From assembly GCA_964016885.1 (NCBI GenBank), contig OZ024743.1:236654001-236718000 (forward strand): DNA of 64,000 bases, read 5' to 3'. Source of the DNA: Eledone cirrhosa. Lineage: Eukaryota. How positions within the stretch are numbered: the first letter of the stretch is position 1; every line of letters starts with the position of its first letter. The position numbers and the translations under genes were made by a program. The notes beneath the pieces were generated by a model. That model searched no databases, was not told where the DNA came from, and was given only the letters and a program-made list of their open reading frames with translations. This document shows positions 1 through 16,400 of the stretch, one piece after another.

Positions 1-789
1 TATATTCCTTCAGTCAATCTCCTATACTACAGGTTGTATATTCCTTCAGTTAATCTTCTATACTACAGGTTGTATGTTCCTTCAGTCAATCTCCTATACT
101 ACAGGTTGTATGTTCCTTCAGTCAATCTCCTATACTACAGGTTGTATGTTCCTTCAGTCAATCTCCTATACTACTGGTTGTATGTTCCTTCAGTCAATCT
201 CCTATACTACAGGTTGTTTGTTCCTTCAGTCAATCTCCTATACTACAGGTTGTATGTTCCTTCAGTCAATCTCCTATACTACGGATTGTATGTTCCTTCA
301 GTCAATCTCCTATACTACGGATTGTATGTTATTTCAGTTAATCTCCTATACTACTGGTTGTATGTTCCTTCAGTTAATCTCCTATACTACTGGTTGTATG
401 TTCCTTCAGTCAATCTCCTATACTACAGGTTGTATATTCCTTCAGTCAATCTCCTATACTACAGGTTGTATATTCTTTCAGTTAATCTCCTATACTACAG
501 GTTGTATATTCCTTCAGTTAATCTCCTATACTACGGATTGTATATTCCTTCAGTTAATCTCCTATACTACTGGTTGTATATTTCTTCAGTCAATCTCCTA
601 TACTACGGATTGTATATTCCTTCAGTCAATCTCCTATACTACGGATTGTATATTCCTTCAATTAATCTCCTATACTATTTGTTGTATGTTCCTTCAGTCA
701 ATCTCCTATACTACAGGTTGTATTTACCTTCAGTCAATCTCCTATACTACAGGTTGTATGTTCCTTCAGTCAATCTCTTATACTACAGG

Positions 790-3700
790 TTGTATATTCC
801 TTCAGTCAATCTCCTATACTACAGGTTGTATGTTCCTTCAGTTAATCTCCTATACTACGGGTTGTATGTTCCTTCAGACAACTCCTATACTACAGGTTGT
901 ATGTTCCTTCAGTCAATCCCCTATACTACGGGTTTTATGTTCCTTCAGTCAATCTCCTATAGTACTGGTTGTATGTTCCTTCAGTCAATCTCCTATACTA
1001 CAGGTTGTATGTTCCTACAGTCAATCTCCTATACTACTGGTTGTATGTTCCTTCAGTCAATCTCCTATACTGCTGGTTGTATGTTCCTTCAGTCAATCTC
1101 CTATACTACTGGTTCTATGTTCATTCAGTCAATCTCCTATACTACGGGTTGTATATTCCTTCAGTCAATCTCCTATACTACTGGTTGTATATTCCTTCAG
1201 TCAATCTCCTCTACTACGGGTTGTATATTCCTTCAGTCAATCTCATATACTACTGGTTGTATGTTCCTTCAGTCAATCTCCTATACTACGGGTTGTATGT
1301 TCCTTCAGTCAATCTCCTATACTACAGGTCGTATGTTCCTTCAGTTAATCTCCTATACTACAGGTTGTATATTCCTTCAGTCAATCTCCTAAACTACAGG
1401 TTGTATATTCCTTCAGTCAATCTCCTATACTACAGGTTGTATGTTCCTTCAGTCAATCTCCTATACTACGGATTGTATATTCCTTCAGTCAATCTCCTAT
1501 ACTACAGGTTGTATGTTCCTTCAGTCAATCTCCTATACTACTGGTTGTATGTTCCTTCAGTCAATCTCCTATACTACGGATTGTATCTTCCTTCAGTCAA
1601 TCTCCTATACTACTGGTTGTATGTTCCTTCAGTCAATCTCCTATACTACGGATTGTATGTTCCTTCAGTCAATCTCCTATACTACAGGTTGTATGTTCCT
1701 TCAGTCAATCTCCTATACTACTGGTGGGATGTTCCTTCAGTCAATCTCCTATACTACTGTTTCTATGTTCCTTCAGTCAATCTCCTATACTACGATTGTA
1801 TATTCCTTCAGTCAATCTCCTATACTACGGATTGTATGTTCCTTCAGTCAATCTCCTATACTACAGGTTGTATGTTCCTTCAGTCAATCTCCTATACTAC
1901 AGGTTGTATGTTCCTTTAGTCAATCTCCTATACTACTGGTTGTATGTTCCATCAGTCAATCTCCTATACTACAGGTTGTATATTCCTTCAGTCAATCTCC
2001 TATACTACAGGTTGTATGTTCCTTCAGTCAATCTCCTATACTACGGATTGTATATTCCTTCAGTCAATCTCCTATACTACTGGTTGTATGTTCCTTCAGT
2101 CAATCTCCTATATACGGATCGTATGTTCCTTCAGTCAATCTCCTATACTACTGGTTGTATGTTCCTTCAGTCAATCTCCTATACTACAGATTGTATATTC
2201 CTTCAGTCAATCTCCTATACTACAGGTTGTATATTACTTCAGTCAATCTCCTATACTACGGATTGTATGTTCCTTCAGTCAATCTCCTATACTACTGGTT
2301 GTATGTTCCTTCAGGCAATCTCCTATACTACTGGTTGTATATTCCTTCAGTCAATCTCCTATACTACGGATTGTATATTCCTTCAGTCAATTCTCCTATA
2401 CTACTGGTTGTATATTCCTTCAGTCAATCTCCTATACTACGGATCGTATATCCCTTCAGTCAATCTCCTATACTACTGGTTGTATGTTCCTTCAGTCAAT
2501 CTCCTATACTACAGAGTGTATGTTCCTTCAGTCAATCTCCTATACTACAGGTTGTATGTTCCTTCGGTCAATCTCCTATACTACGGGTTGTATGTTCCTT
2601 CAGTTAATCTCCTATACTAAAGGATGTATGTTCCTTCAGTCAATCTCCTATACTACTGGTTGTATGTTCCTTCAGTTAATCTCCTATACTACAGGTTGTA
2701 TGTTCCTTCAGTCAATCTCCTATACTACTGGTTGTATGTTCCTTCAGTCAATCTCCTATACTACGGATTGTATATTCCTTCAGTCAATCTCCTATACTAC
2801 TGTTGTATGTTCCTTCAGTCAATCTCCTATACTACAGGTTGTATGTTCCTTCAGTCAATCTCCTATACTACAGGTTGTATGTTCCTTTAGTCAATCTCCT
2901 ATACTACTGGTTGTATGTTCCTTCAGTCAATCTCCTATACTACAGGTTGTATGTTCCTTCAGTCAATCTCCTATACTACAGGTTGTATGTTCCTTCAGTC
3001 AATCTCCTATACTACGGATTGTATATTCCTTCAGTCAATCTCCTATACTACTGGTTGTATGTTCCTTCAGTCAATCTCCTATACTACGGATTGTATATTC
3101 CTTCAGTCAATCTCCTATACTACGGATTGTATGTTCCTTCAGTTAATCTCCTATACTACAGGTTGTATGTTCCTTCAGTCAATCTCCTATACTACAGGTT
3201 GTATGTTCCTTCAGTCAATCTCCTATACTACAGGTTGTATGTTCCTTCAGTCAATCTCCTATACTACTGGTTGTATGTTCCTTCAGTCAATCTCCTATAC
3301 TACAGGTTGTATGTTCCTTCAGTCAATCTCCAATACTACAGGTTGTATGTTCCTTCAGTCAATCTCCTATACTACGGATTGTATGTTCCTTCAGTCAATC
3401 TCCTATACTACGGATTGTATGTTCTTTCAGTTAATCTCCTATACTACTGGTTGTATGTTCCTTCAGTTAATCTCCTATACTACTGGTTGTATGTTCCTTC
3501 AGTCAATCTCCTATACTACAGGTTGTATATTCCTTCAGTCAATCTCCTATACTACAGGTTGTATATTCTTTCAGTTAATCTCCTATACTACAGGTTGTAT
3601 ATTCCTTCAGTTAATCTCCTATACTACGGATTGTATATTCCTTCAGTTAATCTCCTATACTACTGGTTGTATATTCCTTCAGTCAATCTCCTATACTACG

Positions 3701-6700
3701 GATTGTATATTCCTTCAGTTAATCTCCTATACTACAGGTTGTATGTTCCTTCAGTCAATCTCCTATACTACGGATTGTATGTTCCTTCAGTCAATCTCCT
3801 ATACTACGGATTGTATGTTATTTCAGTTAATCTCCTATACTACTGGTTGTATGTTCCTTCAGTTAATCTCCTATACTACTGGTTGTATGTTCCTTCAGTC
3901 AATCTCCTATACTACAGGTTGTATATTCCTTCAGTTAATCTCCTATACTACGGATTGTATATTCCTTCAGTTAATCTCCTATACTACTGGTTGTATATTC
4001 CTTCAGTCAATCTCCTATACTACGGATTGTATATTCCTTCAGTTAATCTCCTATACTACAGGTTGTATGTTCCTTCAGTCAATCTCCTATACTACGGATT
4101 GTATGTTCCTTCAGTCAATCTCCTATACTACGGATTGTATGTTATTTCAGTTAATCTCCTATACTACTGGTTGTATGTTCCTTCAGTTAATCTCCTATAC
4201 TACTGGTTGTATGTTCCTTCAGTCAATCTCCTATACTACAGGTTGTATATTCCTTCAGTCAATCTCCTATACTACAGGTTGTATATTCTTTCAGTTAATC
4301 TCCTATACTACAGGTTGTATATTCCTTCAGTTAATCTCCTATACTACGGATTGTATATTCCTTCAGTTAATCTCCTATACTACTGGTTGTATATTCCTTC
4401 AGTCAATCTCCTATACTACGGATTGTATATTCCTTCAGTCAATCTCCTATACTACGGATTGTATATTCCTTCAATTAATCTCCTATACTATTTGTTGTAT
4501 GTTCCTTCAGTCAATCTCCTATACTACAGGTTGTATTTACCTTCAGTCAATCTCCTATACTACAGGTTGTATATTCCTTCAGTCAATCTCCTATACTACA
4601 GGTTGTATGTTCCTTCAGTTAATCTCCTATACTACGGGTTGTATGTTCCTTCAGACAACTCCTATACTACAGGTTGTATGTTCCTTCAGTCAATCCCCTA
4701 TACTACGGGTTTTATGTTCCTTCAGTCAATCTCCTATAGTACTGGTTGTATGTTCCTTCAGTCAATCTCCTATACTACAGGTTGTATGTTCCTACAGTCA
4801 ATCTCCTATACTACTGGTTGTATGTTCCTTCAGTCAATCTCCTATACTGCTGGTTGTATGTTCCTTCAGTCAATCTCCTATACTACTGGTTCTATGTTCA
4901 TTCAGTCAATCTCCTATACTACGGGTTGTATATTCCTTCAGTCAATCTCCTATACTACTGGTTGTATATTCCTTCAGTCAATCTCCTCTACTACGGGTTG
5001 TATATTCCTTCAGTCAATCTCATATACTACTGGTTGTATGTTCCTTCAGTCAATCTCCTATACTACGGGTTGTATGTTCCTTCAGTCAATCTCCTATACT
5101 ACAGGTTGTATGTTCCTTCAGTTAATCTCCTATACTACAGGTTGTATATTCCTTCAGTCAATCTCCTAAACTACAGGTTGTATATTCCTTCAGTCAATCT
5201 CCTATACTACAGGTTGTATGTTCCTTCAGTCAATCTCCTATACTACGGATTGTATATTCCTTCAGTCAATCTCCTATACTACAGGTTGTATGTTCCTTCA
5301 GTCAATCTCCTATACTACTGGTTGTATGTTCCTTCAGTCAATCTCCTATACTACGGATTGTATGTTCCTTCAGTCAATCTCCTATACTACTGGTTGTATG
5401 TTCCTTCAGTCAATCTCCTATACTACGGATTGTATGTTCCTTCAGTCAATCTCCTATACTACAGGTTGTATGTTCCTTCAGTCAATCTCCTATACTACTG
5501 GTGGAATGTTCCTTCAGTCAATCTCCTATACTACTGTTTCTATGTTCCTTCAGTCAATCTCCTATACTACGATTGTATATTCCTTCAGTCAATCTCCTAT
5601 ACTACGGATTGTATGTTCCTTCAGTCAATCTCCTATACTACAGGTTGTATGTTCCTTCAGTCAATCTCCTATACTACAGGTTGTATGTTCCTTTAGTCAA
5701 TCTCCTATACTACTGGTTGTATGTTCCATCAGTCAATCTCCTATACTACAGGTTGTATATTCCTTCAGTCAATCTCCTATACTACAGGTTGTATGTTCCT
5801 TCAGTCAATCTCCTATACTACGGATTGTATATTCCTTCAGTCAATCTCCTATACTACTGGTTGTATGTTCCTTCAGTCAATCTCCTATATACGGATTGTA
5901 TGTTCCTTCAGTCAATCTCCTATACTACTGGTTGTATGTTCCTTCAGTCAATCTCCTATACTACAGATTGTATATTCCTTCAGTCAATCTCCTATACTAC
6001 AGGTTGTATATTACTTCAGTCAATCTCCTATACTACGGATTGTATATTCCTTCAGTCAATCTCCTATACTACTGGTTGTATGTTCCTTCAGGCAATCTCC
6101 TATACTACTGGTTGTATATTCCTTCAGTCAATCTCCTATACTACGGATTGTATATTCCTTCAGTCAATTCTCCTATACTACTGGTTGTATATTCCTTCAG
6201 TCAATCTCCTATACTACGGATCGTATATCCCTTCAGTCAATCTCCTATACTACTGGTTGTATGTTCCTTCAGTCAATCTCCTATACTACAGAGTGTATGT
6301 TCCTTCAGTCAATCTCCTATACTACAGGTTGTATGTTCCTTCGGTCAATCTCCTATACTACGGGTTGTATGTTCCTTCAGTTAATCTCCTATACTAAAGG
6401 ATGTATGTTCCTTCAGTCAATCTCCTATACTACTGGTTGTATGTTCCTTCAGTTAATCTCCTATACTACAGGTTGTATGTTCCTTCAGTCAATCTCCTAT
6501 ACTACTGGTTGTATGTTCCTTCAGTCAATCTCCTATACTACGGATTGTATATTCCTTCAGTCAATCTCCTATACTACTGTTGTATGTTCCTTCAGTCAAT
6601 CTCCTATACTACAGGTTGTATGTTCCTTCAGTCAATCTCCTATACTACAGGTTGTATGTTCCTTTAGTCAATCTCCTATACTACTGGTTGTATGTTCCTT

Positions 6701-7492
6701 CAGTCAATCTCCTATACTACAGGTTGTATGTTCCTTCAGTCAATCTCCTATACTACAGGTTGTATGTTCCTTCAGTCAATCTCCTATACTACGGATTGTA
6801 TATTCCTTCAGTCAATCTCCTATACTACTGGTTGTATGTTCCTTCAGTCAATCTCCTATACTACGGATTGTATATTCCTTCAGTCAATCTCCTATACTAC
6901 GGATTGTATGTTCCTTCAGTTAATCTCCTATACTACAGGTTGTATGTTCCTTCAGTCAATCTCCTATACTACAGGTTGTATGTTCCTTCAGTCAATCTCC
7001 TATACTACAGGTTGTATGTTCCTTCAGTCAATCTCCTATACTACTGGTTGTATGTTCCTTCAGTCAATCTCCTATACTACAGGTTGTATGTTCCTTCAGT
7101 CAATCTCCAATACTACAGGTTGTATGTTCCTTCAGTCAATCTCCTATACTACGGATTGTATGTTCCTTCAGTCAATCTCCTATACTACGGATTGTATGTT
7201 CTTTCAGTTAATCTCCTATACTACTGGTTGTATGTTCCTTCAGTTAATCTCCTATACTACTGGTTGTATGTTCCTTCAGTCAATCTCCTATACTACAGGT
7301 TGTATATTCCTTCAGTCAATCTCCTATACTACAGGTTGTATATTCTTTCAGTTAATCTCCTATACTACAGGTTGTATATTCCTTCAGTTAATCTCCTATA
7401 CTACGGATTGTATATTCCTTCAGTTAATCTCCTATACTACTGGTTGTATATTCCTTCAGTCAATCTCCTATACTACGGATTGTATATTCCTT
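790..7492. repeat. Higher-order duplication within the satellite, 3777-bp offset (105 monomers minus 3 bp); boundaries approximate
   Basis: Rare variants recur at +3777: CAGACAACTCC (~875/4652), GGTGGRAT (~1723/5500), CAATTCTCC (~2388/6165), CTCCAATAC (~3330/7107). ORF-track starts also shift by 3777 (969/4746, 1441/5218, 2624/6401). A third partial copy lies at about 10700-12300. Confidence 0.92.
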
Positions 7493-10400
7493 CAGTCAAT
7501 CTCCTATTCTACGGATTGTATATTCCTTCAATTAATCTCCTATAATATTTGTTGTATGTTCCTTCAGTCAATCTCCTATACTACACGTTGTATTTACCTT
7601 CAGTCAATCTCCTATACTACAGGTTGTATGTTCCTTCAGTCAATCTCCTATACTACAGGTTGTATATTCCTTCAGTCAATCTCCTATACTACAGGTTGTA
7701 TATTCCTTCAGTTAATCTCCTATACTACGGGTTGTATATTCCTTCAGTCAATCTCCTATACTACGGATTGTATGTTCCTGCAGTCAATCTCCTATACTAC
7801 AGGTTGTATGTTCCTTCAGTCAATCTCTTATACGACGGGTTGTATGTTCCTTCAGTCAATCTCCTATACTACAGGTTGTATGTTCCTTCAGTCAATCTCC
7901 TATACTACAGAATGTATGTTCCTTCAGTCAATCTCCTATACTACAGGTTGTATGTTCCTTCAGTCAATCTCCTATACAACTGGTTGTATGTTCCTTCAGT
8001 CAATCTCCTATACAACTGGTTGTATATTCCTTCAGTCAATCTCCTATACTACTGGTTGTATGTTCCTTCAGTCAATCTCCTATACTACAGGTTGTATGTT
8101 CCTTCAGTCAATCTCCTATACTACGGGTTGTATTTTCCTTCAGTCAATCCCCTATACTACTGGTTGTATATTCCTTCAGTCAATCTCCTATACTACAGGT
8201 TGTATGTTCCTTCAGTCAATCTCCTATACAACTGGTTGTATGTTCCTTCAGTCAATCTCCTATACTACGGATTGCATGTTCCTTCAGTCAATCTCTTATA
8301 CTACGGGTTGTATGTTCCTTCAGTCAATCTCCTATACTACAGGTTGTATGTTCCTTCAGTCAATCTCCTATACTACAGGTTGTATGTTCCTTCAGTCAAT
8401 CTCCTATACTACAGGTTGTATGTTCCTTCAGTCAATCTCCTATACAACTGGTTGTATGTTCCTTCAGTCAATCTCCTATACTACGGATTGCATGTTCCTT
8501 CAGTCAATCCCCAATACTACTGGTTGTATGTTCCTTCAGTCAATCTCCTATACAACTGGTTGTATATTCCTTCAGTCAATCTCCTATACTACTGGCTGTA
8601 TGTTCCTTCAGTCAATCTCCTATACTACGGGTTGTATGTTCCTTCAGTCAATCTCCTATACTACGGGTTGTATGTTCCTTCAGTCAATCTCCTATACTAC
8701 AGGTTGTATGTTCCTTCAGTCAATCTCCTATACTACAGGTTGTATGTTCCTTCAGTCAATCTCCTATACTACAGGTTGTATGTTCCTTCAGTCAATCTCC
8801 TATACTACTGGTTGTATGTTCCTTCAGTCAATCTCCTATACTAAGGGATGTATGTTCCTTCAGTCAATCTCTTATACCACAGGTTGTATGTTCCTTCAGT
8901 TAATCTCCTATACTACAGGTTGTAGGTTCCTTCAGTCAATCTTCTATACTACGGGTTGTATGTTCCTTCAGTCAATCTCCTATACTACAGGTTGTATATT
9001 CCTTCAGGCAATCTCCTATACTACTGGTTGTATGTTCCTTCAGTCAATCTCCTATACTACTGGTTGTATGTTCCTTCAGTCAATCTCATATACTACAGGT
9101 TCTATGTTCCTTCAGTCAATCTCCTATACTACTGGTTGTATGTTCCTTCAGTCAATCTCCTATACTACGGGTTGTATATTCCTTCAGTCAATCTCCTATA
9201 CTACAGGTTGTATATTCCTTCAGTCAATCTCCTATACTACTGGTTGTATATTCCTTCAGTCAATCTCCTATACTACGGGTTGTATGTTCCTTCAGTCAAT
9301 CTCCTATACTACAGGTTGTATGTTCCTTCAGTCAATCTCCTATACTACAGGTTGTATGTTCCTTCAGTCAATCTCCTATACTACGGGTTTTATGTTCCTT
9401 CAGTCAATCTCCTATACTACTGGTTGTATATTCCTTCAGTCAATCTCCTATACTACAGGTTGTATATTCCTTCAGTTAATCTCCTATACTACAGGTTGTA
9501 TGTTCCTTCAGTCAATCTCCTATACTACAGGTTGTATGTTCCTTCAGTCAATCTCCTATACTACAGGTTGTATGTTCCTTCAGTCAATCTCCTATACTAC
9601 TGGTTGTATGTTCCTTCAGTCAATCTCCTATACTACAGGTTGTATGTTCCTTCAGTCAATCTCCTATACTACAGGTTGTATGTTCCTTCAGTCAATCTCC
9701 TATACTACGGATTGTATGTTCCTTCAGTCAATCTCCTATACTACGGATTGTATGTTCTTTCAGTTAATCTCCTATACTACTGGTTGTATGTTCCTTCAGT
9801 TAATCTCCTATACTACTGGTTGTATGTTCCTTCAGTCAATCTCCTATACTACAGGTTGTATATTCTTTCAGTTAATCTCCTATACTACAGGTTGTATATT
9901 CCTTCAGTTAATCTCCTATACTACGGATTGTATATTCCTTCAGTTAATCTCCTATACTACTGGTTGTATATTCCTTCAGTCAATCTCCTATACTACGGAT
10001 TGTATATTCCTTCACTCAATCTCCTATACTACGGATTGTATATTCCTTCAATTTATCTCCTATACTATTTGTTGTATGTTCCTTCAGTCAATCTCCTATA
10101 CTACAGGTTGTATTTACCTTCAGTCAATCTCCTATACTACAGGTTGTATGTTCCTTCAGTCAATCTCCTATACTACAGGTTGTATATTCCTTCAGTCAAT
10201 CTCCTATAGTACTGGTTGTATGTTCCTTCAGTCAATCTCCTATACTACAGGTTGTATGTTCCTTCAGTCAATCTCCTATACTACGGATTGTATGTTCCTT
10301 CAGTCAATCTCCTATACTACGGATTGTATGTTCTTTCAGTTAATCTCCTATACTACTGGTTGTATGTTCCTTCAGTTAATCTCCTATACTACTGGTTGTA

Positions 10401-13400
10401 TGTTCCTTCAGTCAATCTCCTATACTACAGGTTGTATATTCTTTCAGTTAATATTCCTATACTACAGGTTGTATATTCCTTCAGTTAATCTCCTATACTA
10501 CGGATTGTATATTCCTTCAGTTAATCTCCTATACTACTGGTTGTATATTCCTTCAGTCAATCTCCTATACTACGGATTGTATATTCCTTCACTCAATCTC
10601 CTATACTACGGATTGTATATTCCTTCAATTTATCTCCTATACTATTTGTTGTATGTTCCTTCAGTTAATCTCCTATACAACGGGTTTATTGTTCCTTCAG
10701 ACAACTCCTATACTACAGGTTGTATGTTCCTTCAGTCAATCCCCTATACTACAGGTTTTATGTTCCTTCAGTCAATCTCCTATAGTACTGGTTGTATGTT
10801 CCTTCAGTCAATCTCCTATACTACAGGTTGTATGTTCCTACAGTCAATCTCCTATACTACTGGTTGTATGTTCCTTCAGTCAATCTCCTATACTGCTGGT
10901 TGTATATTCCTTCAGTCAATCTCCTATACTACGGGTTGTATATTCCTTCAGTCAATCTCATATACTACTGGTTGTATGTTCCTTCAGTCAATCTCCTATA
11001 CTACGGGTTGTATGTTTCTTCAGTCAATCTCCTATACTACAGGTCGTATGTTCCTTCAGTTAATCTCCTATACTACAGGTTGTATATTCCTTCAGTCAAT
11101 CTCCTAAACTACAGGTTGTATATTCCTTCAGTCAATCTCCTATACTACAGGTTGTATGTTCCTTCAGTCAATCTCCTATACTACGGATTGTATATTCCTT
11201 CAGTCAATCTCCTATACTACAGGTTGTATGTTCCTTCAGTCAATCTCCTATACTACTGGTTGTATGTTCCTTCAGTCAATCTCCTATACTACGGATTGTA
11301 TGTTCCTTCAATCAATCTCCTATACTACTGGTTGTATGTTCCTTCAGTCAATCTCCTATACTACGGATTGTATGTTCCTTCAGTCAATCTCCTATACTAC
11401 AGGTTGTATGTTCCTTCAGTCAATCTCCTATACTACTGGTGGAATGTTCCTTCAGTCAGTCTCCTATACTACTGTTTCTATGTTCCTTCAGTCAATCTCC
11501 TATACTACGATTGTATATTCCTTCAGTCAATCTCCTATACTACGGATTGTATGTTCCTTCAGTCAATCTCCTATACTACAGGTTGTATGTTCCTTCAGTC
11601 AATCTCCTATACTACAGGTTGTATGTTCCTTTAGTCAATCTCCTATACTACTGGTTGTATGTTCCATCAGTCAATCTCCTATACTACAGGTTGTATATTC
11701 CTTCAGTCAATCTCCTATACTACAGGTTGTATGTTCCTTCAGTCAATCTCCTATACTACGGATTGTATATTCCTTCAGTCAATCTCCTATACTACTGGTT
11801 GTATGTTCCTTCAGTCAATCTCCTATATACGGATTGTATGTTCCTTCAGTCAATCTCCTATACTACTGGTTGTATGTTCCTTCAGTCAATCTCCTATACT
11901 ACAGATTGTATATTCCTTCAGTCAATCTCCTATACTACAGGTTGTATATTACTTCAGTCAATCTCCTATACTACGGATTGTATGTTCCTTCAGTCAATCT
12001 CCTATACTACTGGTTGTATGTTCCTTCAGGCAATCTCCTATACTACTGGTTGTATATTCCTTCAGTCAATCTCCTATACTACGGATTGTATATTCCTTCA
12101 GTCAATTCTCCTATACTACTGGTTGTATATTCCTTCAGTCAATCTCCTATACTACGGATCGTATATCCCTTCAGTCAATCTCCTATACTACTGGTTGTAT
12201 GTTCCTTCAGTCAATCTCCTATACTACAGAGTGTATGTTCCTTCAGTCAATCTCCTATACTACAGGTTGTATGTTCCTTCAGTCAATCTCCTATACTACG
12301 GGTTGTATGTTCCTTCAGTTAATCTCCTATACTAAAGTTTGTATGTTCCTTCAGTCAATCTCCTATTCTACTGGTTGTATGTTCCTTCAGTTAATCTCCT
12401 ATACTACAGGTTGTATGTTCCTTCAGTCAATCTCCTATACTACTGGTTGTATGTTCCTTCAGTCAATCTCCTATACTACGGATTGTATATTCCTTCAGTC
12501 AATCTCCTATACTACAGGTTGTATGTTCCTTCAGTCAATCTCCTATACTACTGGTTATATGTTCCTTCAGTCAATCTCCTATACTACGGATTGTATGTTC
12601 CTTCAGTCAATGTCCTATACTACTGGTTGTATGTTCCTTCCGTCAATCTCCTATACTACGGATTGTATGTTCCTTGAGTCAATCTCCTATACTACAGGTT
12701 CTATGTTCCGTCAGTCAATCTCCTATACTACTGGTTGTATGTTCCTTCAGTCAATCTCCTATACTACAGGTTGTATGTTCCTTCAGTCAATCTCCTATAC
12801 TACAGGTTGTATGTTCCTTCAGTCAATCTCCTATACTACGGATTGTATATTCCTTCAGTCAATCTCCTATACTACTGGTTGTATGTTCCTTCAATCAATC
12901 TCCTATACTACGGATTGTATATTCCTTCAGTCAATCTCCTATACTACTGGTTGTATGTTCCTTCAGTCAATCTCCTATACTACAGGTTGTATGTTCCTTG
13001 AGTCAATCTCCTATACTACTGGTTGTATGTTCCTTCAGTCAATCTCCTATACTACGGATTGTATATTCCTTCAGTCAATCTCCTATACTACGGGTTGTAT
13101 GTTCCTTCAGTCAATCTCCTATACTACGGATTGTATATTCCTTCAGTCAATCTCCTATACTACAGGTTGTATATTCCTTCAGTCAATCTCCTATACTACG
13201 GATTGTATGTTCCTTCAGTCAATCTCCTATACTACTGGTTGTATGTTCCTTCAGGCAATCTCCTATACTACTAGTTGTATATTCCTTCAGTCAATCTCCT
13301 ATACTACTGGTTGTATGTTCCTTCAGTCAATCTCCTATACTACAGGTTGTATGTTCCTTCAGTCAATCTCCTATACTACAGGTTGTATATTCCTTCAGTC

Positions 13401-16400
13401 AATCTCCTATACTACAGGTTGTATGTTCCTTCAGTCAATCTCCTATACTACTGGTTGTATGTTCCTTCAGTCAATCTCCTATATTACGGGTTGTATGTTC
13501 CTTCAGTCAATCTCCTATACTACCGGTTGTATGTTCCTTCAGTCAATCTCCTATACTACAGGTTGTATATCCCTTCAGTCAATCTCCTATACTACAGGTT
13601 GTATGTTCCTTCAGTCAATCTCCTATACTACAGGTTGTATGTTCCTTCAGTCAATCTCCTATACTACAGGTTGTATGTTCCTTCAGTCAATCTCCTATAC
13701 TACGGGTTGTATGTTCCTTCAGTCAATCTCCTATACTACAGGTTGTATGTTCCTTCAGTTAATCTCCTATACTACAGGTTGTATGTTCCTTCAGTCAATC
13801 TCCTATACTACTGGTTGTATATTCCTTCAATCAATCTCCTATACTACTGGTTGTATATTCCTTCAGTCAATCTCCTATACTACAAGTTGTATGTTCCTTC
13901 AGTCAATCTCCTATACTACTGGTTGTATGTTCCTTCAGTCAATCTCCTATACTACTGGTTGTATATTCCTTCAGTCAATCTCCTATACTACAGGTTGTAT
14001 ATTCCTTCAGTCAATCTCCTATACTACAGGTTGTATATTCCTTCAGTCAATCTCCTATACTACAGGTTGTATGTTCCTTCAGTCAATCTCCTATACTACA
14101 AGTTGTATATTCCTTCAGTCAATCTCCTATACTACAGGTTGTATGTTCCTTCAGTCAATCTCCTATACTACGGGTTGTATGTTCCTTCAGTCAATCTCCT
14201 ATACTACAGGTTGTATGTTCCTTCAGTCAATCTCCTATACTACGGGTTGTACGTTCCTTCAGTCAATCTCCTATACTACAGGTTGTATGTTCCTTCAGTC
14301 AATCTCCTATACTACAGGTTGTATGTTCCTTCAGTCAATCTCCTATACTACTGGTTGTATATTCCTTCAGTCAATCTCCTATACTACTGGTTGTATATAC
14401 CTTCAGTCAATCTCCTACACTACAGGTTGTATGTTCCTTCAGTCAATCTCCTATACTACTGGTTGTATATTCCTTCAGTCAATCTCCTATACTACTGGTT
14501 GTATGTTCCTTCAGTCAATCTCCTATACTACTAGTTGTATATTCCTTCAGTCGATCTCCTATACTACAGGTTGTATATTCCTTCAGTCAATCTCCTATAC
14601 TACAGGTTGTATATTCCTTCAGTCAATATCCTATACTACAGGTTGTATGTTCCTTCAGTCAATCTCCTATACTACAGGTTGTATGTTCCTTCAGTCAATC
14701 TCCTATACTACTGGTTGTATATTCCTTCAGTCAATCTCCTATACTACAGGTTGTATATTCCTTCAGTCAATCTCCTATACTACAGGTTGTATGTTCCTTC
14801 AGTCAATCTCCTATACTACAGGTTGTATATTCCTTCAGTCAATCTCCTATACTACAGGTTGTATGTTCCTTCAGTCAATCTCCTATACTACGGGTTGTAT
14901 GTTCCTTCAGTCAATCTCCTATACTACAGGTTGTATGTTCCTTCAGTCAATCCCCTATACTACAGGTTGTATATTCCTTCAGTCAATCTCCTATACTACT
15001 GGTTGTATATTCCTTCAGTCAATCTCCTATACTACTGGTTGTATGTTCCTTCAGTCAATCCCCTATACTACTGGTTGTATATTCCTTCAGTCAATCTCCT
15101 ATACTACTGGTTGTATGTTCCTTCAGTCAATCTCCTATACTACTGGTTGTATGTTCTTTCAGTCAATCTCCTATACTACGGGTTGTATGTTCCTTCAGTC
15201 AATCTCCTATACTACAGGTTGTATGTTCCTTCAGTCAATCTCCTATACTACGGGTTGTATGTTCCTTCAGTCAATCTCCTATACTACGGGTTGTATGTTC
15301 CTTCAGTCAATCTCCTATACTACGGGTTGTATGTTCCTTCAGTCAATCTCCTATACTACATGTTGTATGTTCCTTCAGTCAATCTCCTATACTATTGGTT
15401 GTATGTTCCTTCAGTTAATCTCCTATACTACTGGTTGTATATTCCTTCAGTCAATCTCCTATACTACAGGTTGTATATTTCTTCAGTCAATCTCCTATAC
15501 TACTGGTTGTATGTTCCATCAGTTAATCTCCTATACTATTGGTTGTATATTACTTCTGTCAATCTCCTATACTACAGGTTGTATATTTCTTCAGTCAATC
15601 TCCTATACTATTGGTTGTATGTTCCTTCAGTTAATCTCCTATACTACTGGTTGTATATTCCTTCAGTCAATCTCCTATACTACAGGTTGTATATTCCTTC
15701 AGTCAATCTCCTATACTACAGGTTGTATGTTCCTTCAGTCAATCTCCTATACTACTGGTTGTATGTTCCTTCAGTCAATCTCCTATACTACGGGTTGTAT
15801 GTTCCTTCAGTCAATCTCCTATACCACGGGTTGTATGTTCCTTCAGTCAATCTCCTATACTACGGGTTGTATGTTCCTTCAGTCAATCTCCTATACTACT
15901 GGTTGTATATTCCTTCAGTCAATCTCCTATACTACAGGTTGCATATTCCTTCAGTCAATCTCCTATACTACGGGTTGTATGTTCCTTCAGTCAATCTCCT
16001 ACACAACGGGGTTGTATGTTCCTTCAGTCAATCTCCTATACTACAGGTTGTATATTCCTTCAGTCAATCTCCTATACAACAGGTTGTATGTTCCTTCAGT
16101 CAATCTCCTATACTACAGGTTGTATATTCCTTCAGTCACTCTCGTATACTACAGGTTGTATGTTCCTTCAGTCAATCTCCTATACTACGGGTTGTATGTT
16201 CCTTCAGTCAATCTCCTATACTACAGGTTGTATGTTCCTTCAGTCAATCTCCTATACTACAGGTTGTATATTCCTTCAGTCAATCTCCTATACTACAGGT
16301 TGTATGTTCCTTCAGTCAATCTCCTATACTACAAGTTGTATATTCCTTCAGTCAATCTCCTATACTACAGGTTGTATATTCCTTCAGTCACTCTCCTATA